Shown: piece after piece, positions 51,210 to 62,100 of the stretch
Position numbering within the stretch: position 1 is the first letter of the stretch
How the letters are laid out: each line of letters opens with the position of its first letter
Source of the DNA: an uncultured Gammaproteobacteria bacterium
GTDB lineage: Bacteria > Patescibacteriota > Microgenomatia > Levybacterales > UBA12049
DNA length: 64,000 nt
Direction: 5' to 3'
NCBI GenBank assembly: GCA_964571255.1
Contig: CAZNAA010000001.1
Coordinates: 16,167-80,166, forward strand
Program-made: the position numbers and the translations under genes
Notes under the pieces: generated by a model
The model's input: only the letters and a program-made list of their open reading frames with translations
Databases searched by the model: none
What the model was told of the DNA's origin: nothing

Positions 51210-52853
51210 ATGGGAAAAAACAATTTTGATCTGTCAAAAAATCTTCAACTCCAAGTAGACCAATTTATTCAATCACTTGAGGAATATAATAATAAGAGAC
51301 CGGCTGAGCGAAAAAGACAACAAAGAGACTACGAATTTCTTAAGGATTTGTTTATTCGCTTTCTCTCAGACAGAAATAATAGGGCTATTGAAGTCCAATC
51401 TCCTGAATACGAAAAAGTGAAAACTCTGGCTAATGAACAATTCCCAACTCCTACTCTTTGGAACCTGTGTATGGATGGACGCGTTAAAAGTGTCGTAATT
51501 AATGGGATGACGGCAGGAGTGGGAGCAACTATTCGTGTACCTGGGGGAATTTTACGAGAATTTGTTCGTGACACAAAAGGAAATTTTACTCTTCTTCGAA
51601 ATTCTAACTTTGCTCAGCTGCTTATCAACGCACTTTCTTGGGATCACAATAAGATAGTTACTGAAGTTTTTGATAGCCACGTAGGGTGTGCAGCAAGAAA
51701 TGCTGAAGAACATGCCAGAGGACGTGATTTAAAAGACATGGGACTTCTTAGTGACGTATTACATAAGAAAGAGATGCTTGAAGCCTTACATAAGTTTACG
51801 AAGTCTTTATACGGAGATACAAAACGGGTTATTAGTATCCAAACGAGTTTTGATCCTCATTGTGGATATTTATACATGGGACTTGAAACTGATGAAGCAT
51901 TACGTGTTGCAAAAGACTATGCAAAAACATTGGGGGAGACTGAAGGAAAGACTCATCGATGGGAATACACAACAGGTGTATTAAAATACTTAGTAGAAAA
52001 AGGAAAAGTTATCTTTACTGAAGAGATGGTAGAAATCCCTCAAATTAAACAAGCATTTGACTCTTCTGTTATTACGCTCAATTGGGAAACAGGATATGTC
52101 CAGACAGCCAAGCAATTCTGGAATAATATCGCGAGAATGAAAGAAAAACTTCTTCCTCTTTTTAGAGAGAAACTTATAACTGTATATCCATACTTAAAAG
52201 AAGAAACAAAGGAGAACCAAATTGAACTTGAGGAGCGAGCAATGATTTTATTAACCAATGCCTATAGTGGCTATTTAAATAATCATAACCAGGAATATCC
52301 CTATGGAGTTCACAGGGAAGAATGTATAAAAGTTTCAAAAGGAGGGTTTCCTCCTTATGAAATCTCTGCTTTTGTGGTGCTGTCAACTGATGAATCAAAT
52401 CTTTCATCCAATATTGAACTTGCAGCTTCTTTAGTACGACAGAATAGAATGCAATCTCGAGTCAGTGATCGCTCAGGAAGCTATTTAGAACCAGACGAAT
52501 TTGCTCAAGCACCAGTCCCTTTGATTATTCAAGAAATTCTTGATGAAGAACTAAACGCATCTGACTGGGAAAATTTATGTAGTATTGGCTGGGAAGATAT
52601 GCCAGAAGATTGGGATGTTATTTCTGATCGAGAATTCTTGAGTTATTTAGAGACAAAAGGAGATATTCATTTACGAGTGGCGATCGGCATGAATGATCTG
52701 AGGCACAAAATGGCAATTCTTTTTGATTCAAATCAAATTATTTCAGGGAGATTAATTTCTCATCATAAAGTAGCACTTCCTGTAATGGTTGATAAAAACA
52801 GAATAAACTATCTTATTATCCCTTTTATTAAGCATGGATTTTTAGCTAACTAA
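51210..52853 (+). CDS. Hypothetical cytoplasmic protein, paralogous domain to 49901-51112
   Basis: LCMDGRV ... IRVPGG ... FDSHVGCAA, with the same motif order and spacing as its neighbour. Confidence 0.4.
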   Translation: MGKNNFDLSKNLQLQVDQFIQSLEEYNNKRPAERKRQQRDYEFLKDLFIRFLSDRNNRAIEVQSPEYEKVKTLANEQFPTPTLWNLCMDGRVKSVVINGMTAGVGATIRVPGGILREFVRDTKGNFTLLRNSNFAQLLINALSWDHNKIVTEVFDSHVGCAARNAEEHARGRDLKDMGLLSDVLHKKEMLEALHKFTKSLYGDTKRVISIQTSFDPHCGYLYMGLETDEALRVAKDYAKTLGETEGKTHRWEYTTGVLKYLVEKGKVIFTEEMVEIPQIKQAFDSSVITLNWETGYVQTAKQFWNNIARMKEKLLPLFREKLITVYPYLKEETKENQIELEERAMILLTNAYSGYLNNHNQEYPYGVHREECIKVSKGGFPPYEISAFVVLSTDESNLSSNIELAASLVRQNRMQSRVSDRSGSYLEPDEFAQAPVPLIIQEILDEELNASDWENLCSIGWEDMPEDWDVISDREFLSYLETKGDIHLRVAIGMNDLRHKMAILFDSNQIISGRLISHHKVALPVMVDKNRINYLIIPFIKHGFLAN

Positions 52854-52871
52854 GCGCTTCATTGCATACTA

Positions 52872-53615
52872 ATGATTATTACCTCTATTAAAACGCATAA
52901 AATCCACTCTGAGGAGCAAACAATCTTTGCTCTTTTGGATCAATACCTTCCTTCTTTTTCAGAAAGTTCTGTTCTTGCTGTAACATCAAAAATTGTAGCT
53001 CTTTGTGAAGGAAGAGTTGCAGCATCTACCATTAATAAAGACGAACTTATTAAGAAAGAAGCTCATTTTTATTTACCTCGGGAATTAAACAAATATCATG
53101 TAATGTTAACGATTAAAAACTCTATGATGGCAGCTGCAGCAGGGATTGATGAATCAAATGTAGAAGAAGGCTATGTGTTATGGCCCGAAGATCCCCAGAA
53201 AAGTGCGAATGAGATTAGAAAATATTTAGTAAAACGGTTTAACGTAAAAAAGTGTGGAGTAATTCTGACAGATAGTAAGACAACTCCTTTGCGGTGGGGA
53301 GTGACAGGAATGGGAATCTCCTATAGTGGATTTGAAGTACTCAATAACTATATTGGAAAAAAAGATATCTTTGGACGAGAGATGAAGCTAACAAAAGTAA
53401 ATGTGATGGATAGTCTAGCAGCCAGTGCAGTCTACGTTATGGGAGAAGGAAAAGAGCAAACCCCTCTTGCTGTTCTTTCTGACATTCCTCATCTTGTGTT
53501 TCAAGATAGAAATCCAACTAAAGAAGAGGTAGAAGCCTTGTATATCGATATGGATGATGATTTATATGGACGGATTCTCTCACTGGCTCCATGGAAAAAA
53601 GGAGAAGGAAAATAA
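52872..53615 (+). CDS. CofE-like gamma-glutamyl ligase family protein (F420-0:gamma-glutamyl ligase fold)
   Basis: VLAVTSKIVALCEGR motif and a ~245-aa length typical of the CofE/FbiB N-domain family. Confidence 0.55.
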   Translation: MIITSIKTHKIHSEEQTIFALLDQYLPSFSESSVLAVTSKIVALCEGRVAASTINKDELIKKEAHFYLPRELNKYHVMLTIKNSMMAAAAGIDESNVEEGYVLWPEDPQKSANEIRKYLVKRFNVKKCGVILTDSKTTPLRWGVTGMGISYSGFEVLNNYIGKKDIFGREMKLTKVNVMDSLAASAVYVMGEGKEQTPLAVLSDIPHLVFQDRNPTKEEVEALYIDMDDDLYGRILSLAPWKKGEGK

Positions 53616-53616
53616 C

Positions 53617-54303
53617 TTACGGAGTAACTATTTTAGCTTGAGGTGTAGCGTCTTGAGTTTGCACTCCTTGTACTGCAGTTTTTAGCATAATCGTTGCATT
53701 ACTTGGAGTTTTTAGGACACTTTCCTTCACTCCTGTGGCTGACACAAGGGAGGTTGGAAGAATTTTGATACTTGTTTGGGAAGGAGAACCATTACTTGGT
53801 GATTTTACGCTAAAGCCAAGTTTTGCTGCAACTCCTTGCCCTGATTTAGGATCTTGGGAGGGAGTTTTTGCAAACATAATGGTTGCAGTTCCGAGTGTAT
53901 TATCAATTTTAGCAGGAACAAGAACGAGAGGGTTTGGAAGGAATGTCCCAGGAGTGAGAGACGTTATAGAAACTACTTTTGGATCAAAGCTTATTTCTAG
54001 TTGAAAGCCAGAGACAGGATCTCCTTGAGAATCAACCATGATATCCAACGTTTGTGTAGCTTTTGTTGCCGTATCAACAGTTAATGATGAAGGAGAAAAA
54101 GACAACAAAGTGTGAGCTGGAGGAGTAGGGGTAGGAGCCATAACTTTTTTGTCTTCTGGAAGCCCCATTTTTGTTCCTGAGCGCATACGAACTGCTACAA
54201 AGATAAGAAGTACAGTTAAAGCAAATAATCCAAGAATAAGAAGAATTGTTTTTACAGAAATCGTTGAGCTAGTTGGTTGTTGGGAAGGTGTGTTATTTTC
54301 CAT
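53617..54303 (-). CDS. Membrane-anchored cohesin-domain protein (anchoring scaffoldin-like)
   Basis: N-terminal TM and a PTPTPP linker. Cohesin-like module: DIMVDSQGDPVSGFQLEISFDPKVVSITSLTPGTF...DNTLGTATIMFAKTP...GVAAKLGFSVKS. Confidence 0.55.
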   Translation of the reverse strand: MENNTPSQQPTSSTISVKTILLILGLFALTVLLIFVAVRMRSGTKMGLPEDKKVMAPTPTPPAHTLLSFSPSSLTVDTATKATQTLDIMVDSQGDPVSGFQLEISFDPKVVSITSLTPGTFLPNPLVLVPAKIDNTLGTATIMFAKTPSQDPKSGQGVAAKLGFSVKSPSNGSPSQTSIKILPTSLVSATGVKESVLKTPSNATIMLKTAVQGVQTQDATPQAKIVTP

Positions 54304-54354
54304 AATTCTCTCTTCTTATTAAAATATGTCAGGTCGTCTATTGCAAGAGGCAAT

Positions 54355-56130
54355 TTACTGACCAAACTGGACAGATAACTCTCTGATGAATAAGTTGTAG
54401 TCAAAATGGTTATTCTTCCCATCATCTGTCAGATCAGTCATTACTTTTTTACTCGGATCACTGCAAGCTTTGGCAGGAAGGGCATCACTATAACAATCCA
54501 TAATCTCATTGTAGTCAAGAATGTCTAACTTGTTATCATTATTTACATCTCCTGATACTAACTGGATAGAATCAAGTGCAATAGTTGAATCAACAGATAT
54601 AACTCCTGGATAGACTTTTTGAAGATACTTATTAGTTTTTACTTTAATCGTGTATTCTCCTTCTAAAACGTCTGGGATAGTGACTATTCCATCATAATAG
54701 CCGCTCAGTACTGCTGGTTGGATATCGCCTGGGGGAGGAACAGGAACATAACTCATCATCCCTGTTGCTTCTTTGATCAACTGAGTATTGTTTAGTTTGC
54801 TGTAGAGTCCAACGGTTACTTCTTTTGTCACTGTTTGTGGAGTTTTATTACTTAAAGAACTATCGGTATTTTTATTGTCTCCACTATTACCAATTCCATG
54901 AAGGAAAACAGCTAAGTTGATACTCACATCAATCATACTTGTTGTTGCAGGAACTGAAACTTCATTCGAGGTTTTACACAGTACCGTCGTAGTACAGGCT
55001 GTTACTTTAAAAGTATAGGCAGTATTGTTGGCTACATCAATCGTAGCACTTAGTCCACCAACTGCCACAGGAGAAGTAGCGTATGTTCCTGTACCTGTTT
55101 TCATATAGACACTATACGTTGCGTCTCCTACGTTGTTCCAGGATAGTTTAACGTCTCGTCTATTGTTTGATTTAGGAATAATAGTATCAAGAGAAAGGGT
55201 AAGATTCGGAATAGGGGTAATGACTGTGGTAGGAGTAGGAGTTGCTGTTGGCGTAAGGTCGTTAGTTACGATTTCTCTATCTAATTCCACACTTCCTGAG
55301 TAAAGAATAACTGGAATGGATGTCGGGACAGATAGGACATTGTTATAGGAACCAGAAGCATTCACGGGAATTTTTGTCCCTGTTTCTCCAAATTTCAAAG
55401 AAACATTAGGAGCAGATTGTGTCTCCCATACTACGTTGACATTACAAGAGGGAAAGGCTGGGCAGTTTCCAATACTGGTACTTGTAATTCGTCCTGTTGG
55501 ACTAGGAGTTGGAGTAGCTGTCGGAGGAACCACAGTAGTTGGGGTAGGAGGAATATCAAAGGATATCGTTGCGGGAACAGCACTTTCCAAAACATTTTCT
55601 GAAGCTAAGTCTTCTGAGCTAATCGAGAACACTTGAGTTTGATCACTTCCGGTTAATAATCTAATTTGTTTTGTTCCAGTGAGAAGAGACGTATTTGAAC
55701 TTGTTTTAAAGGAAAAGCTTGCAACTCTTGTTGGTTGTGAGGCAGCTCCTGTTGGGTTGTTGCCAATCGTAACTACTCCTATTGCTTGTCCAGTTGAATA
55801 GATAGGACCTTCAATCACTTGTCTGAAAACGTCTAGATTTGGATTAAATTTCTCAGGTACGGGAGTAAAGACTGCTGGATCAAATGTAAATACATATCGA
55901 ACCGTTGAGACTAAGTTATTTCCAGGATTTACATAAAGATCTAAAACAAATTCCTCACCTGGCTGTACTACTTTGGTAGTACCAGGAGTAGCTGTATCAA
56001 AATAGAGTGTCGTAGATTTTGCTGCACTTGAGCGATTTTCTTGGTTTCTTTGCAAAACAAAAATGGTTAAAGGAACTGAGAGAAAGAGCAGAATAATTAG
56101 TCCCAACAAAAAAATATTCTTTGAGTGCAT
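54355..56130 (-). CDS. Adaptor protein with N-terminal cohesin-like module, Ig/FN3-like repeats and C-terminal X-dockerin
   Basis: Cohesin-like: VQPGEEFVLDLYVN...VRYVFTFDPAVF...RVASFSFKT. C-terminus: GDVNNDNKLDILDYNEIMDCY...DLTDDGKNNHFDYNLFIREL (two dockerin Ca-binding repeats). Confidence 0.55.
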   Translation of the reverse strand: MHSKNIFLLGLIILLFLSVPLTIFVLQRNQENRSSAAKSTTLYFDTATPGTTKVVQPGEEFVLDLYVNPGNNLVSTVRYVFTFDPAVFTPVPEKFNPNLDVFRQVIEGPIYSTGQAIGVVTIGNNPTGAASQPTRVASFSFKTSSNTSLLTGTKQIRLLTGSDQTQVFSISSEDLASENVLESAVPATISFDIPPTPTTVVPPTATPTPSPTGRITSTSIGNCPAFPSCNVNVVWETQSAPNVSLKFGETGTKIPVNASGSYNNVLSVPTSIPVILYSGSVELDREIVTNDLTPTATPTPTTVITPIPNLTLSLDTIIPKSNNRRDVKLSWNNVGDATYSVYMKTGTGTYATSPVAVGGLSATIDVANNTAYTFKVTACTTTVLCKTSNEVSVPATTSMIDVSINLAVFLHGIGNSGDNKNTDSSLSNKTPQTVTKEVTVGLYSKLNNTQLIKEATGMMSYVPVPPPGDIQPAVLSGYYDGIVTIPDVLEGEYTIKVKTNKYLQKVYPGVISVDSTIALDSIQLVSGDVNNDNKLDILDYNEIMDCYSDALPAKACSDPSKKVMTDLTDDGKNNHFDYNLFIRELSVQFGQ

Positions 56131-56184
56131 ATACCTATATAGCGTATGGAATTTGTAACAAGACTGTCAATAGGAAGAACACTG

Positions 56185-58635
56185 TTATTCTCCAAACTGA
56201 ACTGAAAGTTCTCGGATAAGTAGGTTGTAATCTGTTTGGTTGACTAATCCTTCGTCAGTAAGATCAGTGATTTTTTGCTTTTCAGGAGTACAAGCTTTTG
56301 CAGGGGAAATATCTTGATAACAATCCATGAGCATATTGTAGTCAAGAATATCGAGTTTACTATCAGCTGTTACGTCTCCAGTAACTAGAGTAAGTTCAGG
56401 AACTTCAACAAGCGTCCCATCAGTTACTTGGACAACCCCTAGTCCTCTTCTTGGTAAGTATTGAGGAACAGACAGTCTAACTTGATAATCTCCAGGTTCT
56501 AGCAAGTCAAAATTCACAATTCCTTTAAAAGTTCCAGAACTTGAGGAATTAGGTTCGGAAAAATATTTGATACTCGAGAAGGATTTAGTAACGAATGTGT
56601 TATTTTTTGTAAAGAGCTCAAGTGTGACTAATCGTTGTTGGTTTACTGGATTTTTATTTCCTCCGAGAGGATTTTTATTGTCTCCACTATTACCAATTCC
56701 ATGAAGCTTTACGGTAAGAGAGAAAGGTGTTCCATTTTGAGTCATAGTAGGAGTTGGAAATGGTGTACTGGTTGGAACAACTGTAGGAGTAGGAGATGGT
56801 GTTGGGGTAGGGTGGCGAGTAGGAGTTGGTGTGGGGGATGGAGTACTCGTGGGAGTAGGAGTTGCTGTTGGGATTCTTATAGGGGTAGGAGTAACTGGAG
56901 AAATAGCACATTGAGGAGTTACTTGGGATACGTTACTGCATTTTGCACCGATTTGGGTAAAATCTGGTTGTTGGTCAAGTTCTGTTGCTTGAAGAGCGTT
57001 TTTTACTTGAGTACAGGTAGGAGAGTCATATAAATCATCACAGGCACGAAGAAGAAGCGTATAGACAGCTTTGTAGTTAGTATTTGGACTAAAGTAAGTA
57101 GTGAGAGCTCGATACATAATCGCATGACTTTTCTCACTCCCAATTCCTTCAACAGTACATCCATTAAAATTTCCTCCATTTGTCATAAGGTAAAATGCTT
57201 TATTCATGACTCCATTATTCCTGTGAACTCCACAATAGTCGTTAGTTTGATCACAAGTACTTCCATTTGCAGGACAATAATAGTTGGTTGAGAATAATCG
57301 ATCAGGCTGAGATCCTTCAGGGCTTCTCGTAGGATCATCCATATATCTAATTATGCCTATGCTGGAATCTTCACCAATAGTCCAGTCAGGGTCGAGTGCA
57401 TTGGCAAAAATATCAGCAAGGGATTCATCCAGTGCACCTGATTGAGCTTGATAGATGAGTTGAGCAGTAGCACTGGTAACTGCGTGGGTAACTTCGTGAG
57501 TAATAATATCTTTTGTTACTAACCCGTCACAAACAGCAATCATATTAATCTCACCAATCCAAGCAGCATTTGGACAAGGAAATACGTCTCTATCTGCCAT
57601 GTGAACAAAAGCTTCAAGAGGTGATCCTGAACCATCATAACTATCTCGGGAGTATGTATTGTTGTAGTAGTTGTAAATATCTCCAAAATAGGCATAGATG
57701 TTGTCTACGTCGGGATCACCCACAGGACCTTCTCCTTCTTCTCGTGTTACTGGACAAAGACCAGTGATTGGATTACATTGTCTCTCATCAAATATGTAGC
57801 GTTCTAACCCAGTATGAAAAAGAGCATCCGTATAGATAATATTGCCTGTTTCTAAATCAATAAAATATTGGTGAGGAAAGCTGATTCGAGAAGCATTTTG
57901 TCCAATAGTTACTGCCAGAGTTAGATAATTTTTACTATCCTCAGAAATTCCTAAAAGCTTTTTATTAAAAATATATTTCCCTTTTTCTGTATGTTTTATT
58001 TCTTTATTTGTTTTAGTATCAAGGATGTATTGCTCTTTGGCTTTTTGTATTGCTGTGTCTTCTGAAATTTTTTCTCCTTTAAGTGTCTCGTTTTTTACTA
58101 AACTTCCATCAAGTGCATAGATTTTATTTTCTTCTTTCATATGTACTCCTAAAATACCTCCATATACAGGGATACCCTGAATAGTTTGGTTGTAGAAGTA
58201 ATGAGAGGTATCAAGAGTGAGGCCTCTCTCTTTATAGAATTGATCATCAGTGGTATCAAAAGAGCGAACTAAAGTAGAATTTTTGGCAAATTGAGAGGGA
58301 AGGAGTGGACCTGTTGTTACTCCTTGAACAGGATTTTCACTTTGTGTTTCTTGTACTTCATAGGTAGGGTTTGTCGTAATAAATTCCTGAGCCCCTGTTT
58401 CTCCATCTAATCGAGTTTCATATAAACTTCCATTTGTTTCATAAAGAGAAAAATGAATTACGTTTCCTTCCTCAACCACTCCTTCACCTGAAACAAGAGG
58501 GTTTTGTTCACCTGTTGCTCTACTATCTAGCCGTGATTGTTTAGTTCTAACATAGAGTGAGAAAAGGATAATTCCTATACATAAAAAGAGGGAAAGAGAA
58601 ATAAATAGAAGTTTTTTTGAAAAAGAAAATTTCAT
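56185..58635 (-). CDS. Thermolysin-like (M4) zinc metalloprotease with C-terminal X-dockerin module
   Basis: ITHEVTHAVT (HExxH) ... LDESLADIF (ExxxD). PT-rich linker, then LHGIGNSGDNKN module and dockerin repeats (DVTADSKLDILDYNMLMDCY / DLTDEGLVNQTDYNLLIREL). Confidence 0.7.
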   Translation of the reverse strand: MKFSFSKKLLFISLSLFLCIGIILFSLYVRTKQSRLDSRATGEQNPLVSGEGVVEEGNVIHFSLYETNGSLYETRLDGETGAQEFITTNPTYEVQETQSENPVQGVTTGPLLPSQFAKNSTLVRSFDTTDDQFYKERGLTLDTSHYFYNQTIQGIPVYGGILGVHMKEENKIYALDGSLVKNETLKGEKISEDTAIQKAKEQYILDTKTNKEIKHTEKGKYIFNKKLLGISEDSKNYLTLAVTIGQNASRISFPHQYFIDLETGNIIYTDALFHTGLERYIFDERQCNPITGLCPVTREEGEGPVGDPDVDNIYAYFGDIYNYYNNTYSRDSYDGSGSPLEAFVHMADRDVFPCPNAAWIGEINMIAVCDGLVTKDIITHEVTHAVTSATAQLIYQAQSGALDESLADIFANALDPDWTIGEDSSIGIIRYMDDPTRSPEGSQPDRLFSTNYYCPANGSTCDQTNDYCGVHRNNGVMNKAFYLMTNGGNFNGCTVEGIGSEKSHAIMYRALTTYFSPNTNYKAVYTLLLRACDDLYDSPTCTQVKNALQATELDQQPDFTQIGAKCSNVSQVTPQCAISPVTPTPIRIPTATPTPTSTPSPTPTPTRHPTPTPSPTPTVVPTSTPFPTPTMTQNGTPFSLTVKLHGIGNSGDNKNPLGGNKNPVNQQRLVTLELFTKNNTFVTKSFSSIKYFSEPNSSSSGTFKGIVNFDLLEPGDYQVRLSVPQYLPRRGLGVVQVTDGTLVEVPELTLVTGDVTADSKLDILDYNMLMDCYQDISPAKACTPEKQKITDLTDEGLVNQTDYNLLIRELSVQFGE

Positions 58636-58637
58636 AA

Positions 58638-59069
58638 TTATTGTTTTTTATATTGAATAAGTATTTGCGTTGGTGTTACTTCGTAGAGGTCAAAAATATA
58701 TCCAAAGGCTACTTGGCTTTTTGGGATACTTCCCATGATTCCTCCACTCTTGAACTCAATTATTTGTTTCTTTGTGTCATTTATTACTTCTAGACTAACC
58801 TGAGTAATACAATCTCGACAGTTTTCTTTAGGAATACTCGCACTTGTTAGCATAAGAGTTATTTGAGAAGTTGGAAGAGATACAGGGTAGTCTTTTATCA
58901 CTGCTATTACGTCTTCAGGAAGAGTAGTTGGAGAAGGAGAGGATGGAGTAGGAGAGAGAAAAGGGTTTTGTTTCATGTAGGTGAAGTTTGTTAAAGAAAG
59001 AATACGTGAAAGTGCGACAATAATTAAAATACTTATACAAAAGATGACAAAAATATTTAAATGCTTCAC
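58638..59069 (-). CDS. Small membrane-anchored protein, unknown
   Basis: N-terminal TM. 143 aa. Lies between the dockerin genes. Confidence 0.3.
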   Translation of the reverse strand: MKHLNIFVIFCISILIIVALSRILSLTNFTYMKQNPFLSPTPSSPSPTTLPEDVIAVIKDYPVSLPTSQITLMLTSASIPKENCRDCITQVSLEVINDTKKQIIEFKSGGIMGSIPKSQVAFGYIFDLYEVTPTQILIQYKKQ

Positions 59070-59132
59070 AAGAAAGTATGATCTTACACTACCTCATTAT
59101 TGGTGGAGTAAAGAGGAAGTGTCAAGGGGAAA

Positions 59133-62100
59133 CTATTGTCCTTTTTTTGCAGGAAGTTCTCGAACAAAGAGATTGTAGTCTAATTGGTTTACTTTTCCAT
59201 CATCATTCAAATCCGATAGTCGAGCAAGTTCATCGTCACATGAGCGAGCACTTGATTTAATATCTTTATAACAGCCATCAATAATATTGTAGTCAAGAAG
59301 GTTCAACTCGTTATTCCCATCGGTATCTCCAGTCACTAGAGTAAGAGGAGGATGAACATTGACTTCGCCAAGCTTCACGCTAAAGAAAGTAAGTGGTTTG
59401 ACTAAGTATTGGTCCATTTTCACTTTTGTATAGTATTTGCCTTCAGCGATATCAATTCCAAGTGGGATAATTCCTTTGAAGACTCCTAACTCTTTGTTAT
59501 AAGAAACAGTTCCTATTTTGGTATAAACAAGTGCATTTTGCTCATTAAAGAACTGAACTGCTAGAGATCTGTTTTTGTGTTGAGGATCTTTATTGCTCTT
59601 GTCACTGACTGTCCTATTCGTATAGTCTCCAGCTTCTCCAATTCCATCAAGAAGGAGAGTTAGATCAAAGGCAGTTCCGTCTCCAAAGGAGAAGTTTCTA
59701 TGCCAAATATCCCAATCTGAACTCCAAACGGCTGAGAGTTTAGAGTCATATGAAATTGGAGAAATATCAACTCCCGTAGCTCCTTGTTGTCCAAATGTTG
59801 TAGCTTGTGTCCATGTTCCGTCCATATATTTACTATATTTCATTCGTTGCTCACCAGAGTTATAGGCGATAAGAATTCCACCTGTATCTGTCACTCCAAT
59901 AGAAGGGTTAGTTCCATTTTCTTCTTGAATTACCCGATTATTGCTTGAAGTGCAGTCTGAATTAATAGTTTTCTTACAGTAATGGATGTCAAAATCTTCA
60001 CTCCAGACAAGATGGACATTGCCACTAGTATCAGCAGTTATTTGTTGTCCGTTTCCAGAACTAATCACTTTGTCAGCGAAGGTACTTTCTCCTGGTTTTA
60101 ATGTCAGGTAATGAACACCATTTTTTCCAGCGACGATATGAACAGTATCTTCAGAATCAATAGCAATATCTGGCTTGGAATTTGCCGTATCAATTTCTTT
60201 GTAGGTACTACAGGTATTATCCTCTGTATTAAAAATGCAGTATTTTGTTTTAAAATCACCATCTGCAACAATGTGAAATCTTCCTTGACTATCGACTGCA
60301 ACATTTGGAGAAAGTCCTACACCTATTTGGGAAATAGGGACTACCGACTGGGGTTTAAAGTCTGATTTAGAATATTTAGCAACCATGAGGTTAGAGGGAC
60401 CAGCCCAGGTGATAATAATATGAGTATCGTTTACAGCTATTGCTGGTGCACATCCTTGGGAAGCACATGTATTTCCTACGGTGCCTTGTATTGGAAATGT
60501 ATATTTATTTCCGTTCCAGACCCCTTTTGCATAGTTTATTCCTTTTGCATTTTCAGGTTCTGTTACTTCCCATGCTATATAAATATTCCCACTTTTATCT
60601 TTATATACTTTTGGTCTAATATCTTTTGCATCACCAACTGATATTTGGTCGTCTTCTCCATCAGGAGGTAGTGAGACAGAGGGAGTGATAGATGTTGAAG
60701 GAGTTGGTGGTGTATCCCATGTAGTTGAGCAATTATTCATTCTCTCTTGTTCTTTGATAAAGTTCCAAGGTTTACCAAAAATGGCAGTAGATGCAGCATT
60801 TAAGGCATTATTTCGTACTTCTTCTGCTGGTTTAGTGGCAGAAGAGTGTTCCCACGGATAAGCAATTTTTCCGTTCTTTAATTCTTTCATGAAATTATTC
60901 CAGGTAACTCTTCTCCCTAGAACATCGCCATACTTTGCAATATTAGCAGCTAGCTGCCCTCCATCTCCTTCTGTCCCTTTTGTAGTGGTTATAGCATAAA
61001 TTCTATTGGTGTAATACAAAAGAACAGGGTTAGTTTCTGTTTGACTCCAGCCTCGGCAAGCGTATGTAGCGTTTTGTTTATTTCCATTACACCATTGTGT
61101 TACCCAGTACTCCCCACAAACATCAAGTTCATTTCTATTGGTTCCAGGATCTCTATTTGCAACATGAGCTGGGCAGATATTTGGGGTAAAGGAAGGGAAG
61201 TCTTTTCTGAAATTAACTGGAGGAATCATTAACTGCTCGTCACAACTTACAGGAGTAGATGAAGTTGGTTTAGGCGTAGGGATAACGGTACAACTGGCTG
61301 TCTCTGCAATCATTCTGTCTTTCTCTTCTTGCATGTTCCAGCCTCCACTTGGCAGAATACTGAATTTTTTCTTGCGTAAATCAAAATTTGTAATATCAAA
61401 ACCAATTACGTCAGAAAGCATTTGAAGAGTTACCTTCTGTCCTACAAGAATATATCTTTCGTCACTATTTGGATCGTTTGTTTTATATGGTTTTACTGTA
61501 GGGTTGTTAACAGTTAAAGTTCCTGCATAAAAATCTTCTATCTGTTTGTTAATTTGAGTTGCGCTATACGCTGGTCCATCCGTACTTCCGCCTTTTTCAT
61601 CAATTAAATTTCCTATAGCGCCAACTGCAACACCCATAATTGCATACTTTTGTACAACACCTAAACTAATTGTTCTATTTGCGGTTTCACTAGAGTATCT
61701 CCCGTAATACATTGAATTTACTTGTCCAATAAAAGTTGACCAGGCTGAAGTTGCGTAACTTCTCCCTGAAAACTCACCACGTACAATATCTTTCCTTGGG
61801 TCATATCGGACGGGGAGTGGTCCCCCATGAGTTACTTTGTACTCGAGTGATCCATCGTTATTGTATCTATAGGTAGACGTCTCTTGTCCAGCTTCGATTA
61901 CAGGGCCTGGTACTATTGAATCTCTTTTTTCTTCGTCAAAGTAGTCAGGAGGAAATCTTTTTTTTTCTGATCCCAAACTATTATTTCCTAGAAGCCAATC
62001 AGGAACTGGTTTCCATTCTTCAAATGAACAGAATAGTTCTGATGTGTCTGCTGCTCTTTGTCTATTATCTTGATTTTGACTATTCAGATAAATAGTGAGG

